NCBI GenBank assembly: GCA_051294375.1
Contig: CM119270.1
Coordinates: forward strand, 20,389,452 to 20,418,839
Source: Paraspadella gotoi
Lineage: Eukaryota > Animalia > Chaetognatha
Reading direction: 5' to 3'
DNA: 29,388 nt
Below the pieces are notes generated by a model. That model had not been told where the DNA came from, did not search any database, and saw nothing but the letters and a program-made list of their open reading frames with translations. A program made the translations under genes and the position numbers. How positions within the stretch are numbered: position 1 is the first letter of the stretch; every line of letters begins with the position of its first letter. Below, in pieces: positions 23,534-29,388 of this stretch.

Positions 23534-23861
23534 TGCTAAAACTAAACCAAAGAAAAAAAAGAACAACGGATTTATATATATATATTTTTAATTTTTTCTT
23601 TTAATCATTAAAATTATGTTTACGATTTAATTAACCCGGATTAACGTCGCAATTTATGCTTTAATCTTCTTTCTTTTTCATGTAATGTTTTGTTTCCATA
23701 TTTTTTTTTAATAATTACTAAAAGAGATCGATTGACTGTCTCCTCTTAATTTCTCCTCATTATTTTCTTTTTTTTCATTTTTACTTCATTTTTATGTTAT
23801 TCTTCGTTGTTGTTCTCGCGCCCGCAATCACGTGACCATTGGTCTCCTTTTGGGTCTGCAA

Positions 23862-23958
<97 letters not shown>

Positions 23959-24413
23959 CTTTTGAGCCTTAATTTCTTTTCAAACCAAAACAAATAATTC
24001 AACGCAATCAATTTGATTATTTCTATCGCGCAATTTTTCTACCAAATATCATGTCATTTTGCAATTTTAAATTTAACAAAATCTGTCAATTTGCAATGTT
24101 TTTTTATTTCAAATTAATTCTGTCATCTTGCATTAAATCTTTTGACCAGAAAATTTTACCCCCAATTTTTTCATTCGTCCCATTTGGTCAGTGATCATCA
24201 AGATTCTCACTGGTTCGTCTTTCTGTTTCACTACAAAAAAACAAACAAAACAAAACGATACAAAAAAACATATCATTTCATATCAACTCATGTGATCAAT
24301 CATTCCATTTATTTCTGACCTTCTCTTGAACTCGCCCCGCCTTTTCCCTTTCCCGCTATCTTAACGAAAATAGATAATGTAAATACTCTACAATATTTAT
24401 GTAATTTATTGTA

Positions 24414-24419
24414 AATAAA
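24414..24419 (+). terminator. Candidate polyadenylation signal of Serrate/Jagged
   Basis: AATAAA ~880 nt after the stop, followed by T/GT-rich sequence. An ATTAAA near 24469 is an alternative. Confidence 0.4.
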
Positions 24420-24559
24420 TTGTTAATTATTATCGTTTGTTTATAAACATTGACGTTTATTACACTCGATTAAAAAAAATTACTTAACAAGTTGCGTTTT
24501 ATTTTATGATTCGAAATGTTAATGGTGAAGTGTCATTTGTTTAGAGTTATGTTCACCTA

Positions 24560-24567
24560 ATTTGCAT
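24560..24567 (-). promoter_or_regulatory. Octamer motif (ATGCAAAT), candidate U2 distal sequence element
   Basis: Perfect ATTTGCAT at about -267 to -260 from the U2 start. Confidence 0.45.
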
Positions 24568-24752
24568 ATAGCTATTAGAAACTTTAGCGAGTCTTAGACA
24601 TAGTTTAAAAAGTAGAAATATTAGTGATTCTTAAGTATTTATATAAAACTAGAAATTAAATTTATTCAACTTTTTTAAACGAAAAACAATTATATTTTGT
24701 CTTTAAAATTAATCTTCTTAACAGGGTTCAAATCATGAATAAACTTCTCGTT

Positions 24753-24775
24753 TAATTTCACCGGTGTAGTTGAGA
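24753..24775 (+). promoter_or_regulatory. Candidate U2 proximal sequence element (PSE)
   Basis: TAATTTCACCGGTGTAGTTGAGA with a TCACCG core at about -69; it is the only GC-containing motif at the PSE position in an AT-rich flank. Confidence 0.45.
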
Positions 24776-24826
24776 TTATAAGGAATTAAACAAGAAAACA
24801 AATTAAAAAAAATTGCAGTTTGCAAC

Positions 24827-25014
24827 ATCGCTTCTCGGCCTTTTGGCTAAGATCAAAGTGTAGTATCTGTTCTTATCAGCTTAATATCTGATACGGTCCG
24901 CACTGCGGGCCCAGAATATTAAACTGATTTTTGAGCATCGGAGGAGCGCTCAGTGCTTGCACGGCCTCCTCCACGGGTCAGCCCGGTATTGCAGTACCTC
25001 CGGAGTTGGCCCAA
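24827..25014 (+). ncRNA. U2: U2 spliceosomal snRNA
   Basis: Starts ATCGCTTCTCGGCCTTTTGGCTAAGATCAAAGTGTAGTATCTGTTCTTATCAG. Has the branch-point pairing GTAGTA, Sm site GATTTTTG, and stem-loop IV with loop ATTGCAGT closed by GGGTCAG/TTGGCCC. Full length (~188 nt). Confidence 0.98.
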
Positions 25015-25125
25015 CACCCTTGGGGTGTCAATATAAAAATTGATCATTTTTTAACTTAGTGAACAATTCAATATGTATGTTTCATTTATATATTTGGTTT
25101 TTTTTTCCTATAAATTTATTAAATC

Positions 25126-25404
25126 GAATATTACATTATATTATGGCAATGCGGAGACATCTATGATGCCAGGGGTGTGAGGCGTCTCCCGCCAGCTGGC
25201 GCTCAGGGCTTAGGACCTGTAGTGACCATCCCATATCACTGGCGTGTTAATGCCAACACCATCACACTTTAACCAGCGTGACCCTGAGGGCATTGAACCC
25301 GGAACTCACGGTTGGTGAAAGAGTACTTAGCTGTCCGTGTCAAAGCCAATGGGACGAGCTGAGATTCACCAAGCTATACGGGAGGCGAATTTAGGATTCG
25401 CCAC
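25126..25404 (-). mobile_element. tRNA-derived SINE-like element containing a twister-like fold
   Basis: On the - strand: A-box-like TAGCTTGGTG (25376-25367), B-box-like GGGTTCAATGCCC (25300-25288), a GC-rich body and a TAATA-type tail (~25144-25126). Confidence 0.5.
25195..25277 (-). ncRNA. Twister ribozyme-like motif, circularly permuted (type-P5-like), probably degenerate
   Basis: - strand: GCUGG..AAA GUG UGAUGG [P1 hairpin] UAA CAC GC [P3 AGUGA/UCACU] A CAGG UCCU AAGC CCUG..CCAGC. Confidence 0.55.
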
Positions 25405-25573
25405 AAATATATATATATATATTCACAATATATGCATTATTGGGATGGGAACGTTAGTGTTGTCTTTTGGAAATAAAGGGGGCATCTACACAACACAAAG
25501 TTAGATTACTTTCTAGTTTTCTAACATATATCATACATATTCATACATTTTTAACCATCATGGTGTTTTCGCG

Positions 25574-25611
25574 CCATTTTATTATTTCATGTGTGACGAA
25601 AAAGGAGGAAG

Positions 25612-25643
<32 letters not shown>

Positions 25644-25657
25644 TGAGAGAGAGAGAT

Positions 25658-25713
<56 letters not shown>

Positions 25714-26104
25714 ATGACGCGACCTCGTGTCTGTCTCGCGCGTTTTTTTCGCGTCTCATACGAAAACTATTTAAAGTCGTCGCTTCGACTCAAATTGAGA
25801 AAATTCGTGATTTTGTTCTTAGACCATCTTGTTGTTTGCGGCAGCCCATTTTTATTATTCCATGCTGTGACGAAAAAGGGGGACGACCAAATGGAAGAGA
25901 AGAGAGAGAAAGAGAAGAGAGAGAGAAGAGGACGAGAGATGAGAGCAGAGAGAGAGAGAGAGATGAGAGAGGAGAGAGAGGAGAGAGAAGAACGACGTCG
26001 GACCTCGTGTATCTGCTCCGACGCGTTTTTTTTTCGGTCGTCTCCATACAAAACTATTTAAAGTCGTCGCTTCGACTCAAATTGAGAAATTCGTGATTTT
26101 GTTC
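25574..26104 (+). repeat. ~270-bp tandem duplication containing (GA)n
   Basis: CCATTTTATTAT...GTGACGAAAAAGG...(GA)n...GACCTCGTGT...AAAACTATTTAAAGTCGTCGCTTCGACTCAAATTGAGAAA occurs at ~25574-25820 and ~25846-26104. Confidence 0.88.
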
Positions 26105-26738
26105 ATTCTTGTGTTTTTCGAAATCAAGTATTGATCCGCATTTTTTCCTAAAGTGCTCTTTGCTCACCTGCAAAAACAATAATATTAAAATGCATAATGC
26201 TCATATATAATATTAATATTTAAATTTTTTCTTTTGCCTTACACGTTTTATGCGGTGGATTAAACAACCACCAACCGCCTTGGCAAGCAGCGGCCGACTG
26301 TCCGGACGGCAAGTCATTCGCCCTCCCAACCAAACGTTCCGCGGGGTTCTTAGCCCGGTGGTCGTCTGGCGGAGGGACAGGGGCGTTTAACCCCGCTGTT
26401 AACATGGTGTTACAGCCTTGATCGCAGGCTCAGGGACTTCTTTATTATTGCACACGCGTTCTATCACTAACTCATTAACAATAATTACTGTCTCCTTCAG
26501 TGTACGTATTTTCATTCTTTTTTCCTTTTATACATATTAATCTATTGAAATTTCTTAGAAATATAAATAAATGTTGAACCAAACTGTCTCTGTTCGAACT
26601 ACGAAACATCACAATTTTTTTTCAAAAATATATACTTACATGTAAATATGTATAATGTATTTAATACTGCTTACGACTGATTTTTTGTTTTCTGTTTGTT
26701 TCTTTATATTTTTAGATTACCCTATCATCGAGCAAAAC

Positions 26739-26890
26739 TTTTACGCGCCTTTTCGAGAGCGCTCCGAGTTTTCTCGCACGCGAATTAACTCTCGGGCTCG
26801 CCAATTCTCCACCTCGCACCAATACACTATCGAGATCGCCAATTCACTAATCCGCTCGCTACTTCTCTCTCGCTAATTGACATTAACGTC
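26739..26890 (+). promoter_or_regulatory. CpG-rich promoter-like region of downstream gene
   Basis: Three CCAAT (26801, 26819, 26839), E2F-like TTTACGCGCC (~26740) and half-CRE ACGTCA just before the ATG. Confidence 0.35.
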
Positions 26891-26964
26891 ATGACATCTC
26901 ACGGTCTTTATTTTTTGTCGGTCAGCATTTTCCTTACTCTTCATATTTTTGCTTCTTGTCAGCG
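26891..26964 (+). CDS. Candidate first coding exon of downstream gene, signal-peptide-like
   Basis: gtcATG; MTSHGLYFLSVSIFLTLHIFASCQ(R); strong donor CG|gtaaga; preceded by promoter-like motifs. Confidence 0.4.
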
Positions 26965-27249
26965 GTAAGAAACAAAACTCAGAATTAAAAGAATTGCTTA
27001 ATATTAAAATATAAAGAGAGAAAAAATAAACCAGTAAAATCTACTATAATTATATTTATAGTTCAATATTGCTCAATTTCGACAAAATCTATTGAATTAT
27101 TTTTGCTTTTCACTTTTTATTTGTTTTATCAATGAAAGAAAAAATATCTGCATATTATAACAAACAATTATTCTAAACAAAACTAATAAACAGAACAAAA
27201 TTTAAAATTGCAAAGAAAAATCCAGAGATCGTGTTTAAATAAGGAAAGA

Positions 27250-27515
27250 AAAATACTGTTAAACCCCCAATTAATGAAATAAAAAAAATGTAAATAAAAA
27301 AAAAACTGTTTGAACCCCAATAATAAAAGGAAAAAAATAAATGTAAATAAAAAAATACTGTTAAACCCCCAATAAATAAAAATGAAAAAAAATGTAACAT
27401 AAAAAATACTGTTAAACCGCCCCAATAATGAAATGAAAAAAATAAATGTAAAAAAAAAACNNNNNNNNNNNNNNNNNNNNNNNNNAAAATACTGTTAAAC
27501 CCCCAAATATAAAAT
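27250..27515 (+). repeat. ~52-bp A-rich tandem repeat spanning a gap
   Basis: AAAATACTGTTAAACCCCCAAT...AAATGTAAATAAAA repeated at least five times. Confidence 0.88.
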
Positions 27516-27722
27516 TAAAATAATTGACAAATATCTTATTTCAATGCAAGCAAGCGTTAACAAAAGCAACGTTTCTGCGATGCAAGCTTTTATTAGAAAT
27601 CTCTTTTCTTTTTTCATTTTCTCTGACTTCGATTCGAGATTCTTCCATTTATCATGACTCTCTCTCTCTCTTTTTTTTCTCTCTCTCCCTCTGCATACCC
27701 TCTCTCCCCCCATTTCCCGCAG

Positions 27723-28029
27723 CGCGCCGCGGCCCCGCTTCCGCCGCTCAAGCTGCAGCGCCGCGCCTTCTCCAGCGCCGTTCAATCTTTAAAGAATCTC
27801 CACCTGGACGACGGCGTCGTTAACGACGACTTTGACGACGAAAACGGCGTCGTCAAACGCGCCGACTTAGCGGCGCTACGGAATCCAATCGGGGCGACGC
27901 TGGTCTCTTCGGCGGCGCCAGGAAGGCGCCGCTCTGTGGCCAGGATGGACGCCTTCGCTAGAGAAGCGAATCCTGGGACGGGAAGATTAGGAGGACGAGA
28001 TCGTGAGGTTTATGCGAGGCCGAGTGTGG
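27723..28029 (+). CDS. Internal exon of unidentified downstream gene (possible peptide precursor)
   Basis: Long pyrimidine tract plus ccgcag acceptor (alternative ctccag at 27774-75). GC-rich with a single open frame RAAAPLPP...KRADLAALRNPIGATLVSSAAPGRRR...RPSV; G|gtaagg donor, phase 1. Confidence 0.65.
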
Positions 28030-28353
28030 GTAAGGATTGGTTACTTACTAAGCAAACTATGTAGTTTACTATCTCATATAGTTTGTAGTTAATTTTACTG
28101 GTTACATGAATTGACATGAATACATAGACATGTACATTAAAGGCCGCAAACCATTCACGGATGTTCTTGGAGCCGATGGAAAGTTATTATCTTAAGGGGC
28201 TCCTCTGCGCGGAGGGCGAATCGGCCAGCTCTTTGGCTAGTCTTTTAGAAGCTACCGTTGGACTGCAGCCCGCAATCTAATCCTGTACCCAGTAGCATGC
28301 GTGTATGTTCTATCCCTGCACTACGTCGCAGAAACGATTTCATTATTAAATGA

Positions 28354-28600
28354 AATAATTAATTAATTATATGTGGATAAGGCCGCTAAGTGGGCCTGAA
28401 AGACTACTGATCCGCAACTTCTGTTGCCCCCTCAGCAGCCCATGGAACAAGGGTCAGGAGGCATGGAAACAGCGGCTTGAGAGTTTACCGGTCATCCTCA
28501 AGTCTTCCCGCAGGTGGCCCAGGTTGGGATTTGCAACCGATCTACCTCGTGTGCATTAGTGCATGGCTTTACTCAATATGGACCTGCTACCGCGCCGGTT
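28354..28600 (-). mobile_element. tRNA-derived SINE-like element
   Basis: - strand head CCGGCGCGGTAGC...AGTAAAGC...GGTTGCAAATCCC (B-box-like with one extra nt), GC-rich body and (TAAT)n tail. Confidence 0.45.
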
Positions 28601-28730
28601 CGACAACACAAAGGTATTTCTAATGCCTTATTACGGCGCGGGCTGCTAGAACTAAGGCTATGCCCGACTACATTAATTAAACAATTTGTTACAATTAAGT
28701 TCTGTCTCTTTACAATCTTTTTGTTTTCAG

Positions 28731-28818
28731 ATCATCTTCGATCTTTGGGTTCATACAGAAATGAAGGGTTCTCTCCTTCTCTCTTCTCAGACTTTCAAAA
28801 TAATGTTCAACCGAAAAA
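28731..28818 (+). CDS. Probable next exon of downstream gene
   Basis: ttttcag acceptor; phase-1 join stays open: DHLRSLGSYRNEGFSPSLFSDFQNNVQPK; weak gtaatt donor. Confidence 0.45.
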
Positions 28819-28893
28819 GTAATTAATATTGTTAATTTGTTGTATTTTCAATTAATTAAATTGGTACAACCAATATAAAAATTATCCATTCAG

Positions 28894-29078
28894 ACTACTT
28901 CCGATGATTTCAGCTCCCCCTGACGAGCAATTGCTGTCCAGAGGGTCCCACTGCTGAGGATGATCGAAGGGAAGACGATCGTCGAGTGTGCTTCGACGAA
29001 TGCTGCTTCCCGATGCAGCAGACCTTCAGCGGAGAACATCTCAACATTCTCGTCGCTTGCAGGGACATGGACAAGGAG
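28894..29078 (+). CDS. Probable exon of downstream gene, reading frame unresolved
   Basis: Acceptors at 28893 or 28913 and donor GAG|gtaatg; GC-richer than flanks. The phase-2 join stops early, while the phase-0 frame from 28914 is open (LPLTSNCC...HLNILVACRDMDKE). Confidence 0.4.
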
Positions 29079-29246
29079 GTAATGGATGCCCCATGTTCAT
29101 TCGTCAGACATGGCAAGGGAATAGAAAACCTTTTTGTTTTTTTGCATCAAAGGGGAGGAAAAGAAAATAATTTTATCCACATTACGTACCCAACTACACT
29201 AAATATTCATATTATTACCAGGCTAATTCCATTTCCTTTTTAACAG

Positions 29247-29327
29247 CTTCAAAATTTCATGGCTGCGGTTGAGGGCAAAGAGGAAAGTGAAAACAAAATG
29301 ATGCAGCACAACGAAAAGGAGTTTTGA
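29247..29327 (+). CDS. Possible terminal coding exon of downstream gene
   Basis: tttttaacag acceptor; phase 0 gives LQNFMAAVEGKEESENKMMQHNEKEF*. Confidence 0.3.
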   Translation, partial: LQNFMAAVEGKEESENKMMQHNEKEF

Positions 29328-29388
29328 ACCAAAGAAGAAATCTTGATTTAATAATCTTGACAAAGATATGTATCATTTTCTCTTCAAA

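Noticed and set aside
26100-26180. - strand exon after a TTTTTGCAG acceptor
   Set aside because: All three frames stop within ~15 codons and no partner exons were found.
26250-26450. RNase MRP/P RNA (- strand GAAGTCCC)
   Set aside because: No matching CR-V/P4 partner or Pol III terminator layout found.
28372-28405. Hammerhead ribozyme (GGCC stem followed by GAAA)
   Set aside because: Upstream core reads GGATAA rather than CTGANGA, and stems I/III are not evident.

Overview
AT-rich, microsatellite-laden eukaryotic (invertebrate-type) genomic scaffold with six N gaps and several indel-rich stretches that look like unpolished long-read fill. Most of the window (5211-23533, + strand) is a multi-exon Serrate/Jagged-type Notch ligand gene. 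By hand-splicing I recover the end of EGF1 through EGF16, the cysteine-rich/VWC region, the juxtamembrane domain, the TM helix and an intracellular tail with NNQ|[12 protein letters not shown] and a C-terminal DVLF*. The signal peptide, C2 and DSL exons are not visible (upstream or in gaps). Downstream lie a complete U2 snRNA gene with candidate octamer, PSE and 3' box, two tRNA-derived SINE-like elements on the - strand, and the start of an unidentified + strand gene that may encode a secreted, amidated peptide precursor. The most interesting signals are a circularly permuted twister-ribozyme-like fold inside one SINE-like element, a six-copy array of the exon end plus splice donor after the TM exon, a ~70-bp intronic satellite carrying a tRNA 5' half/A-box in each unit, and the candidate neuropeptide precursor. 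No CRISPR or prokaryotic system is present, and most ORF-track entries are microsatellite artefacts. All family assignments rest on recalled motifs, not database searches.
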